Assembly: GCA_902592375.1 (NCBI GenBank)
Contig: CACJEG010000003.1
Span: 21,327 to 85,326, forward strand
Length of the DNA: 64,000 bases
From: an uncultured Pelagibacteraceae bacterium
GTDB lineage: Bacteria; Pseudomonadota; Alphaproteobacteria; Pelagibacterales; Pelagibacteraceae
Reading direction: 5' to 3'
Shown here: positions 1-14,607 of the stretch, in pieces
How positions within the stretch are numbered: the first letter of the stretch is position 1
How the letters are laid out: every line of letters starts with the position of its first letter
The notes under the pieces: generated by a model
Told to the model about the DNA's origin: nothing
Databases searched by the model: none
What the model saw: only the letters and a program-made list of their open reading frames with translations
Made by a program: the position numbers and the translations under genes

Positions 1-66
1 ATAATTTGAGTTTAGAGATCTTATATAGTGTCAATTATATAAAAATCTATTAATAATTTGGCCAGT

Positions 67-1841
67 TTAATTGAGATTCTGCTTTTTTTTGAGCTCTTTT
101 AACTCATTAAATGTGGACTCACTCATATCCACAGAAAATTTCGATTCTAATTCCTGGATTCTGAACTCAAGATCGTAATTCATCAAATCTCTAGATATAT
201 CCTCTAATAATTCGATTATTTTTTGATCGTCCTCAGATTGATTTTTTAGAATATGTTTAATTGGTGCAAATTTGTTTATTTTTTCTGTTAATTGAATATC
301 CAAGTTAAGATCTTGAATTGTAATTTGTGAACCAGATTTTAATTTTTCAACAATCTTTTCAAATATTTTTTTATTAAACTCAGTAAATAATTTAATATTT
401 TCAATCAGATGAATATTTGCTTGCAACAAATCTAGTTTATTTATAACCAAATATAGTAAAGAAAACTCTTTTAATTCAACACCAGTCAAAGACTGACTTT
501 CTTTAAAATATTTTTTTGTACTTTCTAAAGATTTTGTTTTCTTTGAATAAAATCTTTTATTATTTTGATTTGAATGTGGTGTTAACTCAGCAATTTTTTC
601 TAAAAAATATTCCAAAACATATTTTTTTATAAAATCATCTTTTATTGTATTTGCAATTCCTCTAAGTTTTTTCTCAAAAATAGCCATCGAAGATGGGTTA
701 TTTTTAGTTTGTTTTTGTAATGACTAAAAATAAATTGATGAATTGATAATTTGGTCTGCTTGGTAAAATCTACAAAATCAGCCTTGCCATTTTTATTTAC
801 ATAGCTATCTGGATCTTCCTTATCTGGTAAAAATAAAAAAGAAATTTGTTTTTCAGGTTTTAATTCCTTTATTGAATTTTCAGCAGCTCTAACAGCAGCT
901 TTATATCCACTTTCATCACCATCAAAACATATAATTATATCATCAAAAAATTGGTTTAAAGTTAAAATTTGCTTGTCGGTTAAAGATGTACCAAGATTTG
1001 CTACTGCATTATCTATTCCATTTTTACTTAGACCTATTACATCCATATATCCCTCAACCAGATAAATGTGATCAACTTTATTAGAAAGTTTTCTTGCTAT
1101 ATCTAAATTATACAAATTTGATCCCTTTTTAAAAAAATTTGTCTCAGGTGAATTTATATATTTGGCTAAGTAATCTAAATTTTCAATTATTCTTCCGCCT
1201 AAAGCTATTGGTTGACCTGAAATATTATTGATTGGAAAAATTAATCGACCTCTAAATCTTTCTAAATAAATTTTTCTTTTCTCATCTAAATAGAATAAAC
1301 CAGTTTCTAATAAAGTTTGTTCGCTATAATCTTTATTTAATTTTTCAAAAAAACTCGGATTTTTTTCTATATATCCAATTTTAAATTTTTTTACTTCATC
1401 TTTAGTTAATGATCTATTTTTTAAATATTCTCTAGCAATCGAATAATCTTCATTTTTTAAAAGTTCATTGTGATAAAATTCAATATAATGACTAAAAATA
1501 GATTTATACTCATTCCATTTTTTCTCTCTTTCTTCATCTTGTTTTGAAAACATATATGGCTGCATCCCTGCTAATTGAGCCAAATATTTAACCGCCTCTC
1601 CAAATTTTAAATTTTGGGTTTTCATCACAAAATCATAGATATTGCCGTGTTCAGAAGTTGCAAAACAATGATAAAATTCTTTTTCATCATTGACGGTAAA
1701 AGATGGTGTTTTTTCATTTTTAAAAGGTGATAAACCCACAAATTCTTTACCTCGTTTTTTTAAGGAAACATTTTTTGATACTACCGTTGAAACTTTCAAC
1801 CTATTTTTAATTTCATCAAGATACTCTTTTGGGTATTTCAT
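67..1841 (-). CDS. dnaG: DNA primase DnaG. The reading frame is interrupted: ORFs 642..1841 and 67..687 overlap by 46 nt in different frames.
   Basis: The N-terminal ORF carries the primase signature [34 protein letters not shown], which closely parallels E. coli DnaG residues ~28-62. It is followed by TOPRIM-type blocks (YLVEGYMDV, CFDGDESG). The 206-aa downstream ORF is the helical C-terminal part. The combined length of ~600 aa is normal for DnaG. Confidence 0.85.
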
Positions 1842-2302
1842 TATTTGTTCAACAATTCTTTAATCATTGATCCTGCTTTGGAAAAATCAATTTCATCCGC
1901 ATGATTTTTTTTAAGCTCACCCATAACTTTTCCCATATCTTTTAATGAATTTGCTCCAATTTTAGAAATAATATCTGAACAAATTTTCTTGGTTTGCTCT
2001 TCGCTAAGCTGCTTAGGTAAAAAACTTGTTAAAATATCATATTCATTTTGTTCAACCTCTAAAAGATCTGTTCTATTATTTTTTTTATAAATATCGATCG
2101 ATTCGGCTCGTTGTTTAACCATTTTTTTTAAGAGCTTCTTAATGTCCTCATCATCAGTTTCTTTTTTGTTAGGACCCGATCTGTTAACAATGTCCAAATC
2201 CTTAATAGAGGATAATATTAACCTATAGGTTGATATTTTATTTTTATCTTTGGATTTTAATGCATTTTTATAATCGTTTTCGATAGTCTGTTTTAATGGC
2301 AT
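1841..2302 (-). CDS. GatB/YqeY domain protein
   Basis: 153-aa ORF with a YqeY-like pattern (N-terminal YKNALKSKD, C-terminal MGKVMGELKK). Its stop overlaps the dnaG start by 1 nt. Confidence 0.75.
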   Translation of the reverse strand: MPLKQTIENDYKNALKSKDKNKISTYRLILSSIKDLDIVNRSGPNKKETDDEDIKKLLKKMVKQRAESIDIYKKNNRTDLLEVEQNEYDILTSFLPKQLSEEQTKKICSDIISKIGANSLKDMGKVMGELKKNHADEIDFSKAGSMIKELLNK

Positions 2303-2428
2303 AATTTTTTAATCTACTTTAAAGAAAAAATTCTTCAAAAGAAAAATTGTTTTTTTACAATTTTATATTACATCTCTGTTGCGATAATAAAGCAATTATT
2401 GTATTAACCTTTAACTCATGAGTTGTAA

Positions 2429-3625
2429 TTGATCAAAAAAGCAAAAAAAACTAACTCAAAAAATAAATCTCAAATCAACACAGGCGTTTTAGTTCTAGAA
2501 AATAAAAAAGTATTTAAAGGAATTGGAATTGGATACCAAGGAGAAGCCACAGGCGAAGTTTGCTTTAATACATCGTTGACTGGCTATCAAGAAATCATCT
2601 CTGATCCTTCATATGCAGGTCAAATTATTAACTTTACCTTTCCCCATATTGGAAATGTTGGGACCAATAAAGAAGATCATGAATCAGATAAAATATGGGC
2701 AAAAGGAGTGATAATTAATTCTGAAATAACTTCACCCTCAAATTACAGATCATTCCTACATTTAGATACTTGGCTAAAGAAAAATAAAATTATTGGAATT
2801 ACTGGCTTAGACACTAGAAGCCTAACAAACTTTATAAGAGACAAAGGTGCCCCCAAAGGCACAATTAGTTATTCAAAAAAAGGAAAGTTTAATATTAATA
2901 AATTGACTAACTCTACAATAAAATGGAGTGGATTAAAAAATCTTGATCTTGCAGAAGTAGTTTCAACCCAGAAAAATTATATTTGGAAAGGTCTTAAAAC
3001 ATGGAAAAAAGAACTTGGACATAAAAAAAATAATAAGAATTCATTTCATGTTGTTGCAATTGATTATGGAATTAAAAAAAACATCTTAAGATATTTCTCT
3101 GACTTCAACTGTAAAGTTACAGTTGTCTCCTGTAAAACTAGTGCACACAAAATTTTAGCTTTAAAACCAAATGGAATATTTTTATCAAATGGTCCTGGTG
3201 ATCCAGCTGCAACAGGAAAATATGCTATAGAAATTATTAAAGATCTAATTAAAAAAAATTTACCAATATTTGGTATATGTTTGGGTCATCAAATTTTAGC
3301 ATTGGCATTAGGAGGTAAAACAAAGAAAATGAAACTTGGTCATAGAGGAGCAAATCACCCTGTTAAAAATTTAATTCATAATAATGTTGAGATAACGAGT
3401 CAAAACCATGGATTTGAAGTAGTTAAAGAAACATTACCAAAAAATATTGAGGTCACACATAAATCTTTATTTGATAATAGTATTGAAGGTATCAAATTAA
3501 AAAATAAACCAGTCTTTTCAGTTCAATATCATCCAGAGTCTAATCCAGGACCTCAAGATAGTGTTTATTTGTTTCAAGAATTTATTAACAACATGAAAAA
3601 AAATGCCAAAAAGAAAAGATATTAA
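2429..3625 (+). CDS. carA: Carbamoyl-phosphate synthase small (glutaminase) subunit
   Basis: CPSase small-chain N-domain ([21 protein letters not shown]) and a class-I amidotransferase region (GICLGHQ, QYHPE). There is no in-frame ATG near the 5' end, so the start is TTG at 2429 or a nearby alternative. Confidence 0.93.
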   Translation: MIKKAKKTNSKNKSQINTGVLVLENKKVFKGIGIGYQGEATGEVCFNTSLTGYQEIISDPSYAGQIINFTFPHIGNVGTNKEDHESDKIWAKGVIINSEITSPSNYRSFLHLDTWLKKNKIIGITGLDTRSLTNFIRDKGAPKGTISYSKKGKFNINKLTNSTIKWSGLKNLDLAEVVSTQKNYIWKGLKTWKKELGHKKNNKNSFHVVAIDYGIKKNILRYFSDFNCKVTVVSCKTSAHKILALKPNGIFLSNGPGDPAATGKYAIEIIKDLIKKNLPIFGICLGHQILALALGGKTKKMKLGHRGANHPVKNLIHNNVEITSQNHGFEVVKETLPKNIEVTHKSLFDNSIEGIKLKNKPVFSVQYHPESNPGPQDSVYLFQEFINNMKKNAKKKRY

Positions 3626-6600
3626 AAAAATATTAGTTGTAGGAGCTGGTCCAATAATTATAGGACAAGCATGTGAATTTGATTATTCAGGTACACAAGC
3701 ATGTAAAGCTCTTAAAGATGAGGGTTATAAAGTAGTCTTAATAAATTCAAATCCTGCAACAATTATGACTGATCCAGATGTTGCGGATAAAACTTATATT
3801 GAACCAATTACACTTGATGTATTAGAAAAAATTCTAAAGAAAGAAAAACCCGATGCAATTCTTCCAACAATGGGAGGGCAAACTGCGCTTAACCTTGCAA
3901 TGGAAGCAGAGAAAAAAGGAATTCTAAAAAAATACAAAATTGAGTTGATAGGAGCAAATTCTAAAGCAATTTCTAATGCCGAGGATAGAAAGAAATTTAG
4001 AAAAAATATGATAGATATTGGTTTAGATTTACCAAAATCAGAAATCGTAAATAATAATAATCAAGCATCAAAAGTATTAAAAAAAATTGGTTTACCTGCA
4101 ATTATAAGACCTGCCTTTACACTTGGTGGACTTGGTGGGGGAATAGCCAAAACTAGAAAAGATTATTTTAGGATTGTTAAAAATGGATTGCATGAATCTC
4201 CAGTAAGCCAAGTTCTTGTAGAGGAATGTTTAGAGGGCTGGAAAGAATTTGAGATGGAGGTTGTAAGAGATAAGAAAGATAACTGTATCATCATTTGCTC
4301 AATTGAAAATATAGATCCAATGGGAATTCATACGGGCGACTCAGTAACAATTGCTCCAGCTCTTACACTTACAGATAAAGAATACCAAGTAATGAGAAAT
4401 GCATCTATTGCATGTTTACGAAAAATTGGAGTTGAAACTGGAGGATCAAATGTTCAGTTTGCTATCAATCCTAAAAATGGTCGAATGGTTGTCATTGAAA
4501 TGAATCCACGTGTATCAAGATCATCAGCACTTGCATCAAAAGCAACTGGATTTCCAATTGCGAAAGTAGCTGCAAAGTTAGCGGTTGGTTATACTCTGGA
4601 TGAATTAAAAAATGAAATAACTAAAGTTACTCCTGCATCATTTGAACCAAGTATAGATTATGTAGTAACTAAAATTCCAAGATTTACATTTGAAAAATTT
4701 TCTACTTCTCCTGCAACTTTAGGGACATCAATGAAATCGGTAGGTGAAGCAATGTCTATTGGAAGAAATTTTAAAGAATCTCTTCAAAAGGCATTGGTAT
4801 CTCTTGAAACTGGTTTTTCAGGTTTAGACAAAATTTTTGATTTAAATAAAAAACAAATTGAAAAGAGGCTTAAAGAAACTATTCCAAATAAGATATTACT
4901 AGTTGCTGAAGCAATTAGAAAAAAAATAGATTTAAAGAGAATATACAATTTATCTAAAATTGATCCTTGGTTTTTAGAACAAATTAAAGAGATAGTCGAT
5001 TGCGAAACACAAATCAAAAGCAAAGGACTTCCAAAAGATTTTGCAGAATTTAATAGAATAAAATCAATAGGATTTTCAGATAAAAAACTTTCGGAATTAA
5101 CTAAAACTTCTGAAGACGTTGTTAGAAGAAAAAGATCAGCGCTTAAAATACTTCCAGTTTATAAAAAAGTAGATACTTGTGCAGCTGAATTCAAATCGTT
5201 TACGCCTTATATGTATTCAACATATCAAAGAAACTTTTCAATTAACTCAGAATGTGAAGCAGATCCATCTAATAAGAAAAAAATAATTATTCTTGGAGGA
5301 GGACCAAATAGAATTGGTCAAGGAATTGAGTTTGATTATTGCTGTTGTCAGGCAAGTTTTTCATTAAAAGACGCAGGTTTTGAGACTATTATGGTTAATT
5401 GCAACCCTGAAACAGTATCAACAGACTATGATACGAGTGATCGATTATACTTTGAACCTTTAAAAGAAGAATATGTTTTTAACATAATTAAAAAAGAACA
5501 AGAAAAAGGAAATCTAATTGGCGTGATAGCTCAGTTTGGTGGCCAAACTCCAATTAAACTTGCTAAATTTTTGCACGACAACAAGCTTCCAATTTTAGGA
5601 ACACAATATACTTCTATCGATTTAGCTGAGGATAGAGACCGATTTAGAGATTTATTAAATAAATTAAAACTAAAACAAGCAGAAAGTGGAATTGCAAAAA
5701 CATTTAATCAAGCAATAAAAATTGCTGATAAAATTGGATTACCATTAATGGTAAGACCTTCATATGTTTTAGGTGGAAGAGCAATGGAAATTGTTCATGA
5801 AAAAAATCAGCTTAAAAAATTTGTTGAAGAAGCGTTTAAAGCTGCAGAAGACAATCCAATTTTGATTGATAAGTTTATTGATCATGCAATGGAAGTAGAT
5901 GTAGATGCTATATCAGATGGAAAACAAGTTCACGTTGCAGGTATTATGCAACATATCGAAGAAGCTGGAATTCATTCAGGAGACTCGGCATGTAGCCTAC
6001 CCCCTATATCAATTAAACCATACCTTCTAAAAGAAATAGAAAATCAAACAAAAAAATTAGCGATAGCTTTAAATGTTAAAGGTTTCATGAATATACAGTT
6101 TGCAATTAAAAAAGATGAAATTTATGTGATTGAAGTAAATCCTAGAGCAAGTCGAACGGTACCTTTTGTGTCAAAAGCAAAAGGTCTTCCTCTTGCTAAA
6201 ATTGCATCAAGAGTAATGGCTGGTGAAAAGTTATCTAAGTTTAATTTAAAAGATAAATCTAAGGGTATGTACGCAGTTAAAGAAGCAGTATTTCCATTTA
6301 ATAAATTTCCAAACAGTGACTTATTGTTGGGGCCTGAGATGAAGTCCACTGGAGAAGTGATGGGATTTGATAAAAATTTTGGAATGGCTTTTGCCAAAAG
6401 TCAGATCGCAGCAGCTAACTCATTACCAAAACAAGGATTAGCTTTTATATCTCTTAAAGATAGTCACAAAGATGAGGGAATAGATTTAGCTAAAGAACTT
6501 CTTAAACTCAAGTTTACATTATGTGCAACTAGAGGAACTGCTGAATATATTCGAAAGCATGGAATGAAATGTAAAATTATTAATAAAGTAAGCACAGGTT

Positions 6601-6827
6601 CACCTCATATAGTAGACGTTTTGGACTCTAAAAAAATTGCATTAGTGATAAATACTGGAGGCGGAAATAGTGAACATCGATTAAGTGATGCAATAGCTTT
6701 AAGAAGAGCAACACTAAAGAATAAAGTTCCTTATTGTACTAATATGTCTACTGCTCAAGCTTGTTTAGAAGCAATTAGATCACTAAAAACAAAAAAATTA
6801 GAAGTGGCTTCTCTTCAGGACGTTTAA
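3603..6827 (+). CDS. carB: Carbamoyl-phosphate synthase large subunit
   Basis: 1074 aa with a duplicated ATP-grasp architecture and a C-terminal MGS-like domain. The start lies 23 nt inside the carA 3' end. Confidence 0.97.
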   Translation: MPKRKDIKKILVVGAGPIIIGQACEFDYSGTQACKALKDEGYKVVLINSNPATIMTDPDVADKTYIEPITLDVLEKILKKEKPDAILPTMGGQTALNLAMEAEKKGILKKYKIELIGANSKAISNAEDRKKFRKNMIDIGLDLPKSEIVNNNNQASKVLKKIGLPAIIRPAFTLGGLGGGIAKTRKDYFRIVKNGLHESPVSQVLVEECLEGWKEFEMEVVRDKKDNCIIICSIENIDPMGIHTGDSVTIAPALTLTDKEYQVMRNASIACLRKIGVETGGSNVQFAINPKNGRMVVIEMNPRVSRSSALASKATGFPIAKVAAKLAVGYTLDELKNEITKVTPASFEPSIDYVVTKIPRFTFEKFSTSPATLGTSMKSVGEAMSIGRNFKESLQKALVSLETGFSGLDKIFDLNKKQIEKRLKETIPNKILLVAEAIRKKIDLKRIYNLSKIDPWFLEQIKEIVDCETQIKSKGLPKDFAEFNRIKSIGFSDKKLSELTKTSEDVVRRKRSALKILPVYKKVDTCAAEFKSFTPYMYSTYQRNFSINSECEADPSNKKKIIILGGGPNRIGQGIEFDYCCCQASFSLKDAGFETIMVNCNPETVSTDYDTSDRLYFEPLKEEYVFNIIKKEQEKGNLIGVIAQFGGQTPIKLAKFLHDNKLPILGTQYTSIDLAEDRDRFRDLLNKLKLKQAESGIAKTFNQAIKIADKIGLPLMVRPSYVLGGRAMEIVHEKNQLKKFVEEAFKAAEDNPILIDKFIDHAMEVDVDAISDGKQVHVAGIMQHIEEAGIHSGDSACSLPPISIKPYLLKEIENQTKKLAIALNVKGFMNIQFAIKKDEIYVIEVNPRASRTVPFVSKAKGLPLAKIASRVMAGEKLSKFNLKDKSKGMYAVKEAVFPFNKFPNSDLLLGPEMKSTGEVMGFDKNFGMAFAKSQIAAANSLPKQGLAFISLKDSHKDEGIDLAKELLKLKFTLCATRGTAEYIRKHGMKCKIINKVSTGSPHIVDVLDSKKIALVINTGGGNSEHRLSDAIALRRATLKNKVPYCTNMSTAQACLEAIRSLKTKKLEVASLQDV

Positions 6828-7489
6828 GAATTTACTTTCCAATCAGTTTCAAAGGTAACATAATTTACTTGAATACATCGTCTTTCTTTAACGATCTTTT
6901 TCTTCTCCATACCATGCCAAGTGTTTGGTCCACTTGTAAAAAGATAGCCATAATTATGTTTGTAAGGAAGTGTCTTAACTTTTTCTAATTTTTCATTGTA
7001 AAAATCAGTTCCTAAATCTTCAGATTCATTTGTTTTATTAACAAATATTAAACCTGACATAAGTTTTTCTTTTATATCGCAGTGAGGTTTTAACCAAAAA
7101 CCCTCTCTGTCACATATAACCTCAACCCTAACATAGGAATTTGATAAATCTTTATTTATCATTTTAGAAATTGTTTCATATGTTTCTTTAGATTGAAGTT
7201 CATTTATAAATTTTACTAAATTTGGAAATTTAGATGCGTTTTCTTTATTAATGAAACATCTAAACTTTATGGCTTGTCCGCCTGAAGCTATACCTTTTCT
7301 AAATTCTGCAGCTCCACCATCTATTGCTCTTGTTCCATCATAATTAAGATTATGTTTACTGACATCAGGAATGTCGGCTTTAACTACTTCATCAATTGCT
7401 TCTTCTGACAAAGCATCACTGTACTCCCAGTGATTAAAAGGGAAATTATGTTCTTTTGAATTATTTTTAATTGAATTTAAAAATGACAT
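6824..7489 (-). CDS. Putative 2-oxoglutarate/Fe(II) oxygenase (prolyl-4-hydroxylase-like fold), function unknown
   Basis: The motif layout is HxD (LKPHCD), then GLIFVN, a distal His (NTWHG) and an Arg (ERRCIQVNY). This matches the 2OG-FeII_Oxy_3/4 pattern. The assignment is by motif only. Confidence 0.45.
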   Translation of the reverse strand: MSFLNSIKNNSKEHNFPFNHWEYSDALSEEAIDEVVKADIPDVSKHNLNYDGTRAIDGGAAEFRKGIASGGQAIKFRCFINKENASKFPNLVKFINELQSKETYETISKMINKDLSNSYVRVEVICDREGFWLKPHCDIKEKLMSGLIFVNKTNESEDLGTDFYNEKLEKVKTLPYKHNYGYLFTSGPNTWHGMEKKKIVKERRCIQVNYVTFETDWKVNS

Positions 7490-8433
7490 TATGATTGTAT
7501 TTTTTCTTTAATAATTTTTGCTACTCTATTCGTTTCATCTAATTTTTGATAGTTCCAATTTTCAATTTCTTCACCTAAGTTTCTAGTAATATTTAATTCT
7601 CTAAATAAATTTCTAAAATTCTGAAATCTGACGTCTTTTCTTTTTGGTAAAATATTAGCAACATAAATTGGTTTTCCAGTCAAAGCAGCTTCAGATATCA
7701 TTGAGCTAGAGTCACATGTAACAATTATATTTTCCGAAATAGCTAAAGCTGAAAGATAAGCTTTTTTATCAACATTCATAATCACAGTGTGATTTTCTCC
7801 AAAAAACTCTTTTGCATAATGTATAGTATTTAACGGTGTTCTCATTGAAGGTATCACCACAAGTTGAAAATCATGTTTTTTCAATAATTTGTAGAAAATT
7901 GAAAAGATGTGCTTCATATTTTTTGTTGAGTAATCATAATATTTTGTAGGACCACCCATTATCAAACACCAAACTTTTCTATTATCCTGTTTGATATATG
8001 GATTTAGATAACTTCTATTTTCTTCAATTTCATTTTCCGTTAAATAGTGAATTGCACCTTTTGTTTTAATTACATTTGTGCCGCTTATCCCATCATGTTC
8101 GGGAGCAACAATGAAATCAAAATGATTAAAATCCACCTTTGGATCTTGAATATGAATGTTTAAAACTTTTTTTTTTGAAATGCTTTTTAAGTGAATTGAG
8201 GGAATCACGCTTTTTCTTCCGCATGAAATAATTAGATCAAAATCGGACTCGTTTATTTTTTTATAAACGTTTTGTGATACTGGTGTTAATTTTGGTGGAA
8301 TAATTTTCCAAAAATTATTTAGTTCAACCTTATGGTGTGTAAAATCAATATCCAAGGCTTTTGCTAAACCTTCTACCTGGCTTATCATGCCATGCATTCC
8401 TTGAGTTAATAATAAACCTTTTAATTTAGACAT
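7489..8433 (-). CDS. ELM1/DUF1022-family protein (mitochondrial-fission ELM1-like, predicted sugar-nucleotide-binding or glycosyltransferase-like)
   Basis: The N-terminus LLTQGMHGMISQVEGLAKAL and the overall 314-aa length resemble the alphaproteobacterial ELM1-family (COG3660) pattern. There is a 1-nt stop/start overlap with the downstream oxygenase-like ORF. Confidence 0.55.
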   Translation of the reverse strand: MSKLKGLLLTQGMHGMISQVEGLAKALDIDFTHHKVELNNFWKIIPPKLTPVSQNVYKKINESDFDLIISCGRKSVIPSIHLKSISKKKVLNIHIQDPKVDFNHFDFIVAPEHDGISGTNVIKTKGAIHYLTENEIEENRSYLNPYIKQDNRKVWCLIMGGPTKYYDYSTKNMKHIFSIFYKLLKKHDFQLVVIPSMRTPLNTIHYAKEFFGENHTVIMNVDKKAYLSALAISENIIVTCDSSSMISEAALTGKPIYVANILPKRKDVRFQNFRNLFRELNITRNLGEEIENWNYQKLDETNRVAKIIKEKIQS

Positions 8434-8454
8434 TAATCACTATATAGCTTTCAT

Positions 8455-9399
8455 ATGAGTCAAAATCCAACTAAACACACAAAAGTGTTAATAATTGGAT
8501 CTGGTCCTGCCGGATACACAGCAGCAGTTTATGCGGCTCGAGCGATGTTAAATCCAATTTTAGTTTATGGTTCTGAACCTGGTGGTCAATTAACAACAAC
8601 TACTGATGTTGAAAATTTTCCAGGATTTGCTGAAGTTATTCAAGGTCCGTGGTTAATGGATCAAATGAAAGAACAAGCAAAAGCAGTTGGAACTGAAATG
8701 ATTGAAGATCATATTAGTTCGGTAAATTTAAAATCTACTCCGTTTGAAGCTATAGGCGATAGCGGGCAAAAATATACTGCTGATAGCATAATTATTTCTA
8801 CAGGGGCTCAGGCCAGATGGTTAAATCTTAAATCTGAACAAGAATTTAGAGGATTTGGTGTTTCTGCTTGCGCTACATGTGACGGTTTTTTCTTTAAAGA
8901 TAAAGAGGTTGCAGTTGTTGGAGGAGGTAATGCAGCTGTTGAAGAAGCGATGTTCCTTACAAAGTTTGCATCCAAAGTTAAATTAATCCACAGAAGAGAT
9001 AGTTTGAGAGCTGAAAAAATGCTTCAAAAAAAATTAATGGAAAATAAAAAAATAGAAATTATTTGGGACTCTGTTGTTGAAGACGTATTGGGAGATCAAG
9101 AGCCTAAAAATGTTAAAGGTATTAAAATTAAAAATTTAAAAACAGATAAAACTGAAGAATTAAAACTAGATGGACTATTTATCGCTATTGGACATGATCC
9201 AGCAACCTCACTATTCAAAGATCAACTTAAGATGGATAATGAGGGCTATTTAATTACTAAACCAGATTCTACTGAAACAAATATTCCAGGAGTTTATGCT
9301 GCTGGAGATGTTAAAGACAAAACTTTTAGACAAGCTGTAACCGCTGCAGGTATGGGATGTATGGCAGCATTAGAAGCCGAAAAATTCCTATCTCACTAA
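8455..9399 (+). CDS. trxB: Thioredoxin-disulfide reductase
   Basis: GSGPAGYTAA FAD motif, CATCDG redox-active disulfide, GGGNAAVEEA NADPH motif, 314 aa. Confidence 0.95.
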   Translation: MSQNPTKHTKVLIIGSGPAGYTAAVYAARAMLNPILVYGSEPGGQLTTTTDVENFPGFAEVIQGPWLMDQMKEQAKAVGTEMIEDHISSVNLKSTPFEAIGDSGQKYTADSIIISTGAQARWLNLKSEQEFRGFGVSACATCDGFFFKDKEVAVVGGGNAAVEEAMFLTKFASKVKLIHRRDSLRAEKMLQKKLMENKKIEIIWDSVVEDVLGDQEPKNVKGIKIKNLKTDKTEELKLDGLFIAIGHDPATSLFKDQLKMDNEGYLITKPDSTETNIPGVYAAGDVKDKTFRQAVTAAGMGCMAALEAEKFLSH

Positions 9400-10040
9400 T
9401 TCAACTATCTCATTTGATTCAAATATACTTTGATTAATATTTTCATTTGCCAACTTTACCATTGCTTTAGCGACTATTTCTGCCCTAATTGGTTTCATTT
9501 TTCTTAAAGGTCCAACTAAAATTGGAGTTAACAATTTAAATAATACTATACCAAATTTTTCACCTATTCTTTTTTCTTTTCTATTTCCCAATAAGAAGGA
9601 TGGTCTCATGATCCCAATTTTATCAAAATTTTGATTTTTAATTTCTTGTTCAACTAATCCTTTGAATTTTAAATAATCACCTGAACTTTTTGGATCTGCA
9701 TAACCAGATGAAACAAAAAAAAATGATTGAATTGAATTTGATTTAGCGATTTGGGCAATTTGTCTAGGAATATTGAGCTCAATTCTTTCATATTCATTTC
9801 TATTAGGTGACTTTTTTCTTGTTGTACCAATACAAAAAAAACAGTCTTCACCTGTAATATCATTTCTATGCTTTTCTAAATTATTAAAATCAGTTTCAAT
9901 AATTTCAATTTTTGGATTAATAAGTTCTATTTTTGAACGAACAAAAATCTTTATTTTTGAATAATTTGAATTCAGGATAAGTTCATTAACAAGATGCCCG
10001 CCAACTAAACCTGATGAACCAAACACTAGGGCTGTTTTCA

Positions 10041-10041
<1 letters not shown>
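9388..10041 (-). CDS. NAD(P)-binding Rossmann-fold protein (atypical SDR, HTATIP2/semialdehyde-dehydrogenase-like)
   Basis: N-terminal VFGSSGLVGGHLV glycine-rich dinucleotide motif, 217 aa. Confidence 0.6.
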
Positions 10042-13432
<3,391 letters not shown>

Positions 13433-13451
<19 letters not shown>

Positions 13452-14185
13452 TAATTACTGGTGGGGCTACTCGAATGGGGGCAGCAATTGCCAGAAAATT
13501 ATCTGGTCCAAATAAAGAAATCTTAATCCATTACAATAAGTCAAAATTAAAAGCAGAAAAATTAAAAAAAGAATTATCTAACAAAGGTACAAAAGTATAC
13601 TTAGTCAAAGGTGATTTAAGTAAAGAAACTGATATAAAAAAAATAATTAAATTTGCAAAATCTAAATTAAAGTTTTTTGATTGTCTTGTTAATAACGCTT
13701 CTTTATTTGAAAATGATAAATTAGAAAATTTTTCATTGGATAGTTGGAGTAAGCATTTAAGAACCAATTTAAGAGCACCTGCATTATTAACAAAAGAATT
13801 TGCTAAAAATGTTAAAAGTAAAAATAATAATATTATAAATATTATTGATCAAAGAGTTTTCAAATTAACTCCTTACTTTTTTTCATACACCCTTAGCAAA
13901 ACTGGTTTGTATACTTTAACAAAAACTAGCGCTATGAGTTTGGCTCCAAATATAAGAGTAAACGCAATTGCACCTGGACCCACTATAAAAAATCAAAGAC
14001 AATCTGAAAAACATTTCAAAAAGCAATATTTAGCAACACCTCTTAAAAGACAAGTTGATGTGGAACAAATATGTAATGCTGTTGACTTTTTTATTAAAAA
14101 TATATCTATTACTGGTCAAGTTTTGGCTATTGATAGTGGTCAAAATCTTAACTGGCAAACACCAGATGTAATGGGTAAAGAATGA
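13433..14185 (+). CDS. Short-chain dehydrogenase/reductase, pteridine-reductase/FolM-like
   Basis: [12 protein letters not shown] cofactor motif, NNAS, and a YxxxK catalytic pair (YTLSK). It overlaps folB by 4 nt, which suggests a folate/pterin role. Confidence 0.7.
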
Positions 14186-14607
14186 AAAAGAACAATTTAA
14201 AAATTGTCAAAATAGATAAAAATAAAAGTTTATTTAATTATGAGAAAAAAATCCTAATTAACGAATTAATCTTGAATTTAAAACTTGGTTATTACGATTT
14301 TGAAAAAGAAAAACCACAAAAAGTTAAATTTAGTCTTGAAATAGACTATGAAGACAAAAAACCTTCAAGCGATAAAGATATCAAATCCATTGTTAATTAT
14401 GGAACTATAGTAAAATTAATTACAAAACTTGTAAAAAAGAAACATTACAATTTCTTAGAAACTTTAGCAGAAGCTGTTTTTGACGAATTATTTAAAGACA
14501 AAAGGATTGCTAAAATAATGTTGAAAATTGAAAAATTAGAAATTTTAAAACAGTGTTCATCTGTTGGTATTCAAATTACCAAAAAGAGAAGCCATGATAA
14601 GCTCTGA
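14182..14607 (+). CDS. folB: Dihydroneopterin aldolase family protein
   Basis: 141 aa with a FolB-like core (..VKFSLEIDY.., [22 protein letters not shown]). Its position next to the pteridine-reductase-like SDR supports the call. Confidence 0.6.
   Translation: MKKNNLKIVKIDKNKSLFNYEKKILINELILNLKLGYYDFEKEKPQKVKFSLEIDYEDKKPSSDKDIKSIVNYGTIVKLITKLVKKKHYNFLETLAEAVFDELFKDKRIAKIMLKIEKLEILKQCSSVGIQITKKRSHDKL

Noticed and set aside
29-34. TTGACA on the minus strand, downstream of dnaG, considered as a possible promoter for the next minus-strand gene (perhaps rpoD, off-window).
   Set aside because: No acceptable -10 hexamer lies at 16-19 nt spacing, and the downstream gene is outside the window. The site cannot be supported.
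125-133. DnaA-box-like 9-mer ATATCCACA (8 of 9 matches to TTATCCACA).
   Set aside because: It is a single occurrence inside the dnaG coding sequence. There is no cluster and no adjacent AT-rich unwinding element, so it is not evidence for an origin.
4784-6397. Antisense ORFs inside carB (4784..5023 and 6122..6397, minus strand).
   Set aside because: They lie entirely opposite a strongly conserved carB frame. They have low-complexity, hydrophobic, biased composition and show no family resemblance. They are shadow ORFs.
9669-9964. ORFs 9669..9863 (-) and 9773..9964 (+) inside the NAD-binding protein gene.
   Set aside because: These are alternative-frame or antisense shadows of the 217-aa Rossmann-fold gene. 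They have no motifs and no independent start context.
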